Assembly: GCF_006345805.1 (NCBI RefSeq)
Contig: NC_042997.1
Coordinates: 67,146,001-67,210,000, forward strand
Direction of reading: 5' to 3'
DNA length: 64,000 nucleotides
Origin: Octopus sinensis
Taxonomy: Eukaryota
A program made the position numbers and the translations under genes. The notes below the pieces were generated by a model. It worked only from the letters and a program-made list of their open reading frames with translations, was not told where the DNA came from and made no database searches. Positions 27,327-39,283 of the stretch are shown here, in pieces. Within the stretch, counting starts at the first letter, position 1; the number at the start of each line of letters is the position of its first letter.

Positions 27327-29700
27327 AGCTGCTAGATATAACTAGGAAATTAGATTCTGTTATCAGTAGGATATATACTAAAAATATAGGAGACACTAAC
27401 TTCTTGATCTATGCGGGAGGGGTAGTAGTCACTAGAGGATTAGATATTCCACAAGGAAAGATTAGAAAAGAGCATATGTGGAAAAGGAAATTACAAAATA
27501 AAGTGAAGATTTTAAAATTAGATCTGAGTAGAATAGAAGCCTTGAAACTGAGCAAGTTAGGAAACAAAAGATTTAAATCTTCTCATGAGAAAAAATACTT
27601 AGTCAAAGAGAAATAATTTAGACAGTCATAGAAGAGTTGAAACTGCGTACCATTGCAGTAGCAAGTAAGCTTTCCAGATATGAGAAAAGAATAGATCAGT
27701 GTCAACAAAATAGATTATTTGAGACAGACCAGAGGAGGCGTTATAACCAAATATAAAGTGAAGAAGAAAGTACTGAAGATGAGAAACCTAATGCAGAAGA
27801 AGCAAGAAAGTTCTGGTGTAATATTTGGAATAATGATAATGGAGATGCAGTATGGTTAAAGAAAGTGAGGGGAAAGTAGTGAGTTAAAAGCAGCCAGATC
27901 TAAGACTAACTAGTGCATTAATAAGTAAAGCATTAGGAAAAATGCCGAACTGGAAGGTTCCAGGACTAGATTTAGTTCAAAGATACTGGCTAAAGAAATT
28001 TAGTAGTTTATATGGGAGGCTAAGGGTTTGCGTTAATGGAGTAATAATACCAGATTGGATGACTAGAAGGAAAACTATACTCCTTATGAAAGACAAAAGC
28101 AAGGTAATACAGCTAGCAATTATAGACCATTCACTTGCTTACCATTAGTGCAGAAGCTGTTAACAGGAATGCTTTCAGAAAGCATTTACGAGTACCTCGA
28201 CAACCAGAGTTTACTGCCAGAAGGACAGAAATGTTGCAGGAAGAAGGCTAGAGAAACGCATGATCTATTATACATAGACGAAGCCGTTCTAAATGAAGAA
28301 AAATTAACAATAGCATATATAGATTATAAGAAAGCCTACGACATGATCCCACATTCATGGATAAGTGAATGTATGAGTATATTCAGTATTGCGGACGACA
28401 TAAGAGAACTGATGAAGAAATGCAAAGTAGATCTCTACTCAGGTGAAACAGTCTTAGAGAAAATTAATATCAAGAGAGTAATTTTCCAAGGAGACTCATT
28501 ATCCCCTTTAATATTTGTCTTATATTTGATCGCCCTCAGTTTAGTAAGACATCAGTTTAGAAATAGCAAAGTAAAAATTAACCATTTGCTCTGCATAAAT
28601 GATCTGAAACTTTTTAGTAAGAATTAAAAAGAGATAGATATCTTAATACGGATTGTAAGACTCTTCAGCAATGATATAGGCATGGAATTTTGCATAGATA
28701 AGTGTGCAATATTAGTCATGAAAAGGGGACAGGCAGTCAATAGCGAAGGCATACAATTACCAGATGGCTAGACATTAAAATCATTGAAAAGAGGAGAGAG
28801 TTATCTAGGAGTATTAGAATCTGACAAAGTACTAACTATAGAAATGAAAACAAAAATTGAGAAGGAATACATCAGAAAGGTGAAAAAGCTAACGAAGTCA
28901 AAGCTAAATGATCCGAATCTAGTGAAGGCTGTAAATACTTGGGCAGTATCGTTACTTGGATATTCAGCAGCTTTTGTAGATTGGACAAAATCTCATTAAA
29001 CAAAGCTAGACAGAAGAACTAGTAAGGAATTCAATATGAATGGAGAACTTCACCCAAGGGCAGGAGTAGCAAGATTATACTTACCTAAGAAGGAAGGTGG
29101 AAGAGGGTCAATATCAGTAGAAGACTGTGTGGAGTTCGCTAGAGTAGATATAGACTCCTATGTAGGTAACAGAGAAGAAGTTTATTAAGAGCTGCTAGAA
29201 TCATAGCAGGAAATAGGGAGACCAAAAAGCTAGGATTTGATCATACTGATAAATAGCATGAACATGAACCTGGTAAAGAACTAGAAAGTAGGAAATATAA
29301 GATGTGGGACTTTAACATTCAGACTGACAGAGTAATAGAAGCTAGAAGGCCTGATTTAATAGTAGTAGATAAAGAGAATAAAAAGTGACCTATAATTGAC
29401 TTTACAGTCCGAAATGAGAAAATTAATATGAGAGCTATAGAGAAAATAGCAAAGTACCAGGACTTAGCCATTGAATTATAAAGACTATGGAAATTGCAGG
29501 CAAAATTTATCCCAGTAGTTATAGGTGCATTAGAAACTACCTCTAAAGATTTGAACAAATGGATAGAGGAAATAGGCATAAAACCCAGTTTAGTACAGCT
29601 CCACAAAACAATGTTATTAGGATACTTAGGAGGGTTCTTGGCATCTAAGGTTACTTGTTGTATCCCGATATTAGGAATTTTTCTTTCCAACAATCTAATC
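27327..29700 (+). mobile_element. Decayed Dong/R4-like LINE (RT plus RLE)
   Basis: WKVPGLDLVQRYWLKKF, IDYKKAYDMIPHSW, IFQGDSLSPLIF, NDLKLF, YLGVLE, WDFNIQTDRVIEARRPDLIV, PVVIGALE; followed by (GAT)n(AAT)n. Confidence 0.85.
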
Positions 29701-29716
29701 TGTTATGAGCATATGA

Positions 29717-29747
<31 letters not shown>

Positions 29748-29799
29748 CGACGACGACGACGACGACGATGATGATGATAACAATAATAATAATAATAAT

Positions 29800-30198
29800 T
29801 AAGGCAAACACGCAGGACATAATCATCAAAGATGGGAAGAATAAGAAATGCTTAATGATAGATGTGACAGTACCATCAGAGAGAAATGTTTCCATTAAAG
29901 AAGTTATTTAAGTACAAAGACCTAGAAATAGAAGTGACCAAGATGTGGGGAATGAAAAGCAGCACAGCACCAGTGGCGATTGGAGCGTAAGGGCTAAATA
30001 AAAAGGTGGTGATTGGAGCATTAGGGCTAATTAAAAAGGGCATTTGCAGTGTTAACGTGGGAGAACTTCAGAAAATAGTCTTGCTAGGTTCCGCACACAT
30101 TTTACGCCGTGTACTCTCCATGAGATGAGGACCTGCTGTGACCCTAGGGTCAAGGGATGACCCCTGTTCAGCAGAATACAGCGGACTATATTTTATTT
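29800..30198 (+). mobile_element. Dong/R4-like 3' fragment (RLE)
   Basis: DIIIKDGKNKKCLMIDVTVPSERNV, KYKDLEIE, LQKIVLLGSAHILRRVLS; (AAT)n on both sides. Confidence 0.8.
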
Positions 30199-30199
30199 C

Positions 30200-30276
<77 letters not shown>

Positions 30277-30286
30277 AAAAGGAACT

Positions 30287-33200
30287 TGTGGCGAGAGTTA
30301 CGACACCTCCTGCGAGAATAATCTTAACTGAACGGTTATTAATAGTACCGGTTTGAGTGAGAAACTGAAGAGAGCAGACGTTAATTGCAGGAAGTCGTAA
30401 GCTGGTTTTGGTAATTGTCGGTTTTGGTAATTGTCGTTTTGGTAATTGTCAGTTCGTGTATAGTTTGTGAAGAGTTTGTTAAATTACTACGTTGCTGTTA
30501 CCCTGCTTCGTTATATGGTTTTGTTACTACACTGTTATAATGTAAACAAGTATCGTTATTATAGTGGCGATACTACAATAATTGGTGACGAGGATCTACG
30601 TTGCAATAATTGGCGACGAGCATTCGACGCTCACGCTGGTCAGTTAACAATGTTTGTGATAAAAAGCTGTTAATGATACAGCTTCTATAATACAGTTGCA
30701 AAAACAGTAGCAAGAACAGCAAAAAGAAAAACAACAATAGTTAATGGAGCTATATCTTCAGAAGTCTGGAAACACTATTTGTTCGTTTTCGCCAGACGCC
30801 GTGTCCAACTCTATAACAGAATTCAGTTATGACCCAGAGGAGGGTATAACGTTGCAGCGTACTTTAGAAGGTACGAAGTAATCTTCAAGGAAGATTGCAA
30901 GTCGTTGACGGACAACGAGAAAGGAAGACTATTATTACATAAATTAGCATCGGCTGATCATAAAAAATATTGTACTTTCATATTACCCACCAAAAACTAG
31001 TGAAATTTGTTTCCAGGAAACAGTCGAACTACTATCAAAAATATTCAGTGGTAAGAGTTCCCTATTTAACACTCGATGGGAGTGTTGGAATCTCGTTAAG
31101 AGAGAGGATGGAGACTTTATCACGTATGCCAGGGCCGTAAACCGAATGTGCGAAAGGTTTAGACTGAAGGAATTAACTCCTGATATGTTTAAGTGCCTCA
31201 TTTTTGTACAGGGGCTTACGGCAAACAAAGATGCGTAGATATGTGCAGAAATTTTCACAAAACTTGAACAAGCGGACCAAAGTTTAACTCTGAAGACAGT
31301 TGCAGAAGAATGGTAAACTTACGTCAGGACGTAAAGAAAATTGAAGAGGAGTTCTCACAAGTACAAGCATGCCGACCGGGAAGGTATAAACAATAAAAAA
31401 AAGAAAAAAAGAACTGATGTGGAGCCCTACATTTCAGGAAGGACTGTCCTTTCAAAGCGCAAAACTTTTACAGTTGCCAAAAAGTAGGACAAATGAGCTC
31501 ACATCACCGAGCAAAATTGGGAAACCTACGTTAAAAAAAACATCAAAAATTGCATGAGGCGTGACAGGTGAAAAACTACACTTCGTAGGCGAAATGTGGA
31601 GTGATATCATATTTCAGGGTAAAACCTGTAGAGCAAAAGTTTTCGTGATAAAAAACGCAGCCAATCTGTTCGGTACGGACTGGTTGGAATAGTTTGACGT
31701 ATTGGATCTTCCCATAAGTCTGTACTGTAGAAAATAAATGGCTGTCCCAGTAAAAATAACTCATCAGCTGAATTGAAGAAAAAATTAAAAAAACATTATG
31801 TGTATTGCCATTTTGGTGCTGCCAGTGACTGTGCAAGATTTAAAAAGTAAATCAACGGAGGACAAATACATCATAAAAATGAAGGAAACCTTGAAAAATA
31901 AACAAAAGAGAAGCATGAATGCGAACCAGTTTTCACTCTTAGACAATGTATTAATGTGCACACAATAAGTGGTAGTACCAACTGCAATACAGAAACGGAT
32001 ATTACATGAATTTCATAGTGGACACCCGGGGATGTCAAGAATGAAAGCGTTGATGAGGAGTTATGTATATTGGCCGACAATGGACCGAGACATTGAGAAT
32101 CTGGTAGGATCATGTGGAGGTTGTGCGCTAGCAGCCACGGCACCACCGGTGAAATATCAACCTTGGCCTGAGACTGATAGTCCGTGTCCAGTACATATAG
32201 ACTACGCTGGCCCAGTGAATGGTGCCTACTACTTGATCATTGTTGATAGCTTTACCAAGTGGCTGGAAGTATATCCGTGCTGTCAATCTACCTCGAAGGC
32301 AACAATAAAGTTCCTGCACGAACTTTTTGCTCGATACTGTATTTTGGATACCATAGTATCAGACAATGGACCACAATTTATAGGATACGAATTCAAGAAA
32401 TTCTGCAAAATGCATACAATGAAGCACAAGTTTACCCCGCCCTATCACCTGAGGTTAAATGAGCAAGCAGAACGATTCATAGATACTGTCATGGGAGCGC
32501 TAAAAATAGGAAGGAACGAAGCGCTAGCTAAATTCTTAAGGGTGTACAGAATAACGCCCAATCCGAATATCTGTTCAGACAAGTCGCCTGCAGAGCTAAT
32601 GTTCGCTCGAAATATTAATTCGATTTTCAACAAATTGTTGCCAAAGGAAAAAAACGTGTCGAGAAAATACAAAAAAAGAATTCAACTAAACATTTGAATT
32701 TCGGAGACAAAGTCCATTTCAAAATACACAAGAATGGTAAAGAGAGTTGGCAGGATGGTGTAGTGACTAAAAGAATTGGCAGCATAAACGACCCCTAAAT
32801 CAGTTAAAACTCAAACATACAGAAGAAAGGAAGGAAATTCCGATGGAAGTGTTTTACAACATGTTCGATGCGTCAACACCGAAAGAGATTGAGCCTAGAA
32901 GGAGTAACAGAAAACGTAAACAGATTGAACATTTAGAAATAATTCCTAAGCGGAAAAAGTATTGAACTCTCTAGGGAAACAAAATCTCAAAAAGGGAGAG
33001 GTGTTGGAAAGAAAGAAAAAAATATTAAAATAAATTTTGTTTCCCTACGAAAGTCGAAATTTCAAAAGGAGAGTTGTTGTGGCGAGAGTCACGACACTCC
33101 TTGCGAGAATGAACTTGACTGAACGACTATAGATAGTACCGGTTTGAGTGAGAGACTGAGGAGAGCAGGCGCTAATCGTAGGAAGTCGTAAGGTGTCGTT

Positions 33201-33388
33201 TTGGTAGTTGTCGGAATATCGTTTGTTGGATCTTGTATAGTTCGTGGAGAGTTTGTTGGATTGTTACGTTGTTGTTACCCTGCTTCGTTATATATTTTAT
33301 TGCTATTACACGGTTATAATGTAAACAAGTATCGTCATAAATAGTGGCGATACTACAATAATTGGTGACGAGTATCTACGTTACAATA
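30287..33388 (+). mobile_element. Internally deleted Gypsy (Mag/K02A2.6-like) LTR retrotransposon
   Basis: LTRs 30287-30608 and ~33075-33388; PBS tggcgacgag 30611-30620; PPT aaaaggagag 33064-33073; 5-bp TSD GAACT at 30282-30286 and 33389-33393; gag remnants (FKCLIFVQGL); RT largely missing. Confidence 0.9.
31969..32697 (+). CDS. Gypsy integrase (H2C2 zinc finger plus rve core), probably non-functional
   Basis: LHEFHSGHPGMSRMKALMRSYVYWP..C..C, HIDYAGP, IVSDNGPQF, AERF motifs. Confidence 0.88.
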   Translation: MVVPTAIQKRILHEFHSGHPGMSRMKALMRSYVYWPTMDRDIENLVGSCGGCALAATAPPVKYQPWPETDSPCPVHIDYAGPVNGAYYLIIVDSFTKWLEVYPCCQSTSKATIKFLHELFARYCILDTIVSDNGPQFIGYEFKKFCKMHTMKHKFTPPYHLRLNEQAERFIDTVMGALKIGRNEALAKFLRVYRITPNPNICSDKSPAELMFARNINSIFNKLLPKEKNVSRKYKKRIQLNI

Positions 33389-34430
33389 GAACTGAACCCT
33401 AAAAGCGATGTCAATAGATTGTATGTAGCTAGAAACAAGGGAGGAACAGGTATTTTAGGATGCAAAATCCGTGTTATCAATGAAGAAAAGAGTCTGGGAT
33501 GGTGCGTCAAATAGCTGATTGAACCTTTGGTTGCTGATGGTACCCAATAAAAATGTGACACACCCAAAAGAATTTAAGAAACAAGATGGAGAGTAAAGAT
33601 TGAACAAGTGGAAAGTGAGAGCGATGCATTGGCAATACCTCAAAGAAATGGAAGGGAAAAACAAGACTAATACCTTGAGGTGGCTAAGGAAAAGTGATCT
33701 GAAAGGATGCACAGGGGCATTAATATGTAGCGCTCAGGAACAATTTCTGAAATCTAATTAAACCAAGTTCCAAATCAGTAAGTGTAATGGATTACTCGTT
33801 TGTAGGCTGTGTAACATCTAAAATGAAACAGTCTCACATATTGTGAGTGGGTGTAGTAAATTGGCTCAAAAGGAATCACAAAAACAGGCAACTAGGTTAT
33901 GTTAACTAGAGATTTGTGAGAAATACGGTGTTGAAAGGACATTGAAATGGTACTAGCATAAATCAGATATCATCGAGGATACTGAGTACAAAATCTTGTG
34001 GGATTTTACAATCCAATGTGATTCAGTGATTGATACTTTGAGACCAGACATTTGTTGCTGATAAAATTATGAAGGAAACCAAGACCCTAGATATTGCCAT
34101 ACTTGGGGATGTGCGAGTTGGTGGTAAAGAACTGGAAAATACTGAGAAGTACAAGCGCTAAAAGATGAGATTGTGCAAATGTGGGCAATGAAGAAAGTAA
34201 CTTCATCCCAGTAGTTGTAGAGGCATTGGAAGCATTAACGACCAGGTTTGAGAAATTTGCTGGAGAAATTGGGATTGAGATGAGGGCAGAACATACTCAG
34301 AAAACTGTTTTATTAGGGACTGTGAGGATTTTTGACACAGGTACTGGGATGTTAAGAATCATGAGACTTTTGACGACAGGTAGTTGTCCGCTTTTACAGA
34401 ATCAGCCGGAGCAAGTGAAATTGAGAGCTT
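33389..34430 (+). mobile_element. Dong/R4-like 3' fragment interrupted by the Gypsy element (its first bases lie at 30275-30286)
   Basis: ELNPKSDVNRLYV, CRLC..ETVSHIVSGCSKLAQKE, LWDFTIQCD..RPDI, PVVVEALE. Confidence 0.8.
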
Positions 34431-34469
34431 TGAGAAATGAAATAACAACAACGAAGACGGTGACAACAA

Positions 34470-35100
34470 CAAGAATATCCAAACAGTAAGAGTATTCAGC
34501 AAGGATAGTAGAATGCAGTTTGGGATAGATAAGTGAGCATTAATAATTATGAAGAGAGGACTCTGATGGCATAAAATTACCACAAGACGTCATGAGATCG
34601 CTGTGGAATAATGAGGGATACAAATACCTGTATACTGCACGACAAGAGGATAATGGATGAAGAAATGAAAGAGAATTAGGAAGGTGATCGAAACAAAATT
34701 AAATCGAGGGAATATAAACAAAGCAATAAATACAAGGGCTTTGCCAGTAATAAGATACTCTTCTCACTTTCTAACGCGGACAACGGTCGTGTTATGCAAC
34801 TTGAAGAGAACTATTCAGTCACAATGCATATCGCATGCCATCCTAAACGTAATACCGACAGAGTGTATCTACTAAGAAAGGAAGGAGGCAAAGAATCATT
34901 GAACGCAGAAGGCATCGTCAGGACTGTGATATTGGACTTGGAAAATTAAGTTGTGTGGAGTGAAGAAAGAATACTATCGGTAGCGAGAGATGCCCCTAAA
35001 ATTGCTGAAACAGCAGTAGAATTTAAGAACAGAAGCAAGCACAACAGAGGAAGCAAGATAGAAAGAAATGGAATTACGTAACCAATTCATGCAACAAACT
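34470..35100 (+). mobile_element. Dong/R4-like RT C-terminal fragment, very decayed
   Basis: RMQFGIDK, YKYL, KLNRGNINKAINTRALPVIRYS, YLLRKEGG. Confidence 0.6.
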
Positions 35101-35500
35101 GATGATGTTGGAATAGTCCAATGAGATCGCATATGCCTGCTCCATCGTATGACCCCATACTCACATCGAAAGCATATTTTTATGTATTTTTATTGCTTTA
35201 TATATCTTTACACATTTTTTTCTGTATATTACCTTTCACCCTGCATTTTTTGTGCATGAGCGTATATAGACGTGTATATGAATATTTTTGTGCGCGTATG
35301 GGTATATGTGTGTGTGTGTGTGTGGTGTGTGTGTGTGTGTGCAGGTATGTATATATGTACATGTGTGTGTTTGCATATATACGTGCACATATAGGCGTGT
35401 GTGTGGGTGTAGTTATGGAGCCATTGTAGATTTCCGATAAAGCGGATATATAATTGTTAAAGAAGCAAGCAAACTTTAAGGCAAGACAAAAAATTCAAAT

Positions 35501-35893
35501 CATATACGCTATTATTACTGGAAAAATTCAATGTCTTACAGTTGTTTCTGGGATATCCCAGAATATAGGATATTCCGTCATCGGAGACAAATAAGGAAAA
35601 TGAGCAAGGTATAGATTAATGAAATGATACAGAGGACTGGAGAAAGGGATAAGGAGATGAAGAAAGAGAAGATAAAAGAAGCATAAAAGTTGAACTGTGA
35701 ACTTTTATGCTTCTTTTTTCTTCTCTTTCTTCCTCTCCTTATTCCTTTACTCCTGCCCTCTCTGTCGTCATTTCATTCATCTATGCCTTTCTCATTTTCC
35801 CTGTTGTCTCCGATGACGGAATATCCCATATTCTGGGATATCCCAGAAACAACTGTAAGACTTTCAATTTTTCCAATAATAATAACGTATATG
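35501..35893. repeat. ~390-bp fold-back (MITE-like) palindrome
   Basis: Outer ~90-bp arms are close reverse complements; inner AG-rich and CT-rich halves also pair (aaaagaagcataaaagtt / aacttttatgcttctttt) around a short loop near 35692-35699. Confidence 0.85.
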
Positions 35894-35993
35894 CTTTGAG
35901 ATGTTTGACTTGCCTTAACGTTTGTTTTCCTCTTTAACAACTATATATGTATATGTGTGTGTGTGTGTGTGTGTATGTATATATATATATATA

Positions 35994-36508
<515 letters not shown>

Positions 36509-37075
36509 ATATATATATATATATATAGATATATATATACATACATATTTATACATAGATGCACACATGCACACGGACATACATACACACAAACACACAC
36601 ATATTTACATAGTGAATAGATCACGGTTAAAATATCCAGGCGAGTACCGTTCGAGTACTTAGTTTTAACCCAGGTTATAGCTAACTGTATCGAGTTAAGA
36701 AGTATTTAGGATTACTTGAGGTAATACATTGGGATTGCCCAAATTATTTCATCCAATGGGTAAATCCCAGGTTAACTTTCCTGGATTATAAATATTCTAC
36801 CAGATGTATATCAAAAACAATTACAATGACTACGGAAATCAGTATATCTGCATAATTTTTATTTCAACAGTCATTTATACAGCATATTTGATTTAACTGT
36901 GTTTGACGCACGTTTCTGCTACATAGAAATCTCGTAATTGCATTTGTACCCAGATACTTGCAACTTTATTCAAGGACCATCCACATCAGTGGACGGCGTC
37001 TTCAGACAACATCACTGGATGAGCCTTAACTAAAGTTGCATAGACTAATAACCAGTTGAAAGTAATTGGGTAAAA

Positions 37076-37204
<129 letters not shown>

Positions 37205-37234
37205 AAGACAGACAGACATATATATATATATATA

Positions 37235-37286
<52 letters not shown>

Positions 37287-37821
37287 TAGATAGATAGATA
37301 GATAAAGATAGTTAAAAAATCAATTTATGGACAGAAAATCGATATAATCAATATTTGGTTGTCAGAAAGTGATAAGAACTATTAATTGCTCCTAGTAAAT
37401 TGATTATACAGGCTCCTAGTAAATTGATTGACATCGTTCATTAGTTATTGGATTTTATAATGCCAGGAATGACAAGACTAGTCTGAAGCTGGAAAGAAAG
37501 ATTGGCTTTTAATCTTTCAGACATCATACATGTAGCTCTATATAATGCCGTCTGTTCCACAGAATAGCAAGTGACGGATCGGAATTGATCGTCAAACCGT
37601 TCGGAAAATCTTTACGAGCATTAAAATATAAATTAGGAAACAGGAAGTTTATAGTAGTTGTTGAAAATCCTTCTTTAGATGTGATCGAACAAACTTACAG
37701 AAATAATTAAAATAATGATAGTCATCGACTGATATTTATTTCAAGCAGCTTTTAAGTGCTTCTACATGAAATAGACTAATATAATCTGTGTTACTTTTTG
37801 TGAGGGTGGTTATTATTATTT

Positions 37822-38146
37822 AAGACGTCGCGCAGTATCCAATATCGTGATGTTGTTGATTGAAGATATTGTGTCTACCGGGAGTCACAACAAGGACCTC
37901 AGACGGACAGTACTTTACGCAATATGCGTGCAGTTCCAAGTAATGCCGACTTTTGCAATACACCTAGATTATAGGGTATTTCTAAAGTTTCCAGATGTTC
38001 CTTCAGGTTGGGTGGTACTGAACCCAATGTTTCGGTGACAACAGGGACAACCTTTATGCTTGACTCTTGTGGCTGCCACATCTTGGCGATGTCGATACTC
38101 AGGTCTCCATATTTATCAATCTTTTCTATTTCCTTCAAGATATGTC
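37822..38146 (-). mobile_element. Dong/R4-like 3' fragment
   Basis: KEIEKIDKYGDLSIDIAKMW, VVPVVTETLG, LQKSALLGTARILRKVLSV*; (AAT)/(ATT) flanks. Confidence 0.8.
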
Positions 38147-38148
38147 AC

Positions 38149-38275
<127 letters not shown>

Positions 38276-38458
38276 ATTTCTATTTTCCTACACCAACTAA
38301 TTTACAGTCCTATACGTTTGCTTAGTATTTCTTCCATCACTACATTGGCAATTATGGGGAAGTCTTTGCTAATGAAGTCATAATAAGAATGAAACATATT
38401 TTCCTATACTTACTGAAATCATTCTAATGTTATTTACGAATTTTTTTTTTGCGGTGCA

Positions 38459-38680
38459 AAGGCAGCGAGCTGGCAGAATTGTTTGATCATCGGAAAATGG
38501 ATTGTGCCTTTTATTCCGGTTCTTTAAGTTTTGAGTTCAAATCCGTATAAGGTCAACTTTGCCTACCACCCCCACAGGCGTAGATAAAATGAATTACCAG
38601 TCAAATACTGGATCAGATGGTATTATCAAATCTCTTCCCCTCAAAACTATTAGTTCTGTTCTTAAAATAGAAGCAATTAT
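38459..38680 (+). mobile_element. SINE family A copy, degenerate
   Basis: aaggcagcgagctggcagaat head and ttgagttcaaatcc. Confidence 0.65.
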
Positions 38681-38802
38681 TTTTTTCACTGGATTATTAT
38701 TTGTAATTAGCTTCTTAATGACCTATGCATTAAATAAGTCAACATTAGCTAAATTAACATCTGTAGTAGTTTGTCTGTGAGTGTGAAAACATCATCTGCA
38801 GA

Positions 38803-39045
38803 ATGTTGTAGGAAAGAATCGCAAGACGATTCTTCAAACCGAGCCATCTGACCGGAGACCGAGGAGTAGGTCAAGAACAAGGATGGTTGGATAACATCCA
38901 GTCTCAGCTGGTCTCTTATTTCTTCTTGGAATTCATCTGAAAGTCTAATGACGGTTCCTGCTGATAGGACCCAATGGAGGAGGTGCGTAAGGATTCAACA
39001 CATCACAACCCTCCTAGGGATAATGGGAGGAGATGAATGAATGAA
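38803..39045 (+). mobile_element. RTE-like LINE 3' end with (TGAA)n tail
   Basis: Degenerate RPR.R.RTR.WLDNI and DR..WR remnants; gatgaatgaatgaatga tail. Confidence 0.5.
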
Positions 39046-39185
39046 TGAAATTGTGTTTAATCCACTAGCTGGAGTGAAGAATAAAGAAAAATGTTTTTGG
39101 TCAAATTTTAAATTCAGACTATTAATTTGTAATTTTAAAAAAAGTATTACTATTTATGTAAATGACTATTTCTATTCTCTTTTAG

Positions 39186-39283
39186 CGTTTGCTTTCAAAG
39201 ATTGTCTTCCAAATGGAACTTGGTTCCGTCACCCGATCTCCAACGTTTATTGGACCAATTATACTCCTTGTTTTAGAGATGTG
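39186..39283 (+). CDS. Class B1 GPCR (calcitonin/DH31-receptor-like), second extracellular-domain exon
   Basis: TTTAG acceptor (39181-39185), GTAAGT donor (39284); encodes (A)FAFKDCLPNGTWFRHPISNVYWTNYTPCFRDV; the GxWFRHP.SN..WTNYT.C motif is characteristic of calcitonin-type receptors; phase 1 in matches the previous exon, phase 0 out. Confidence 0.93.
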
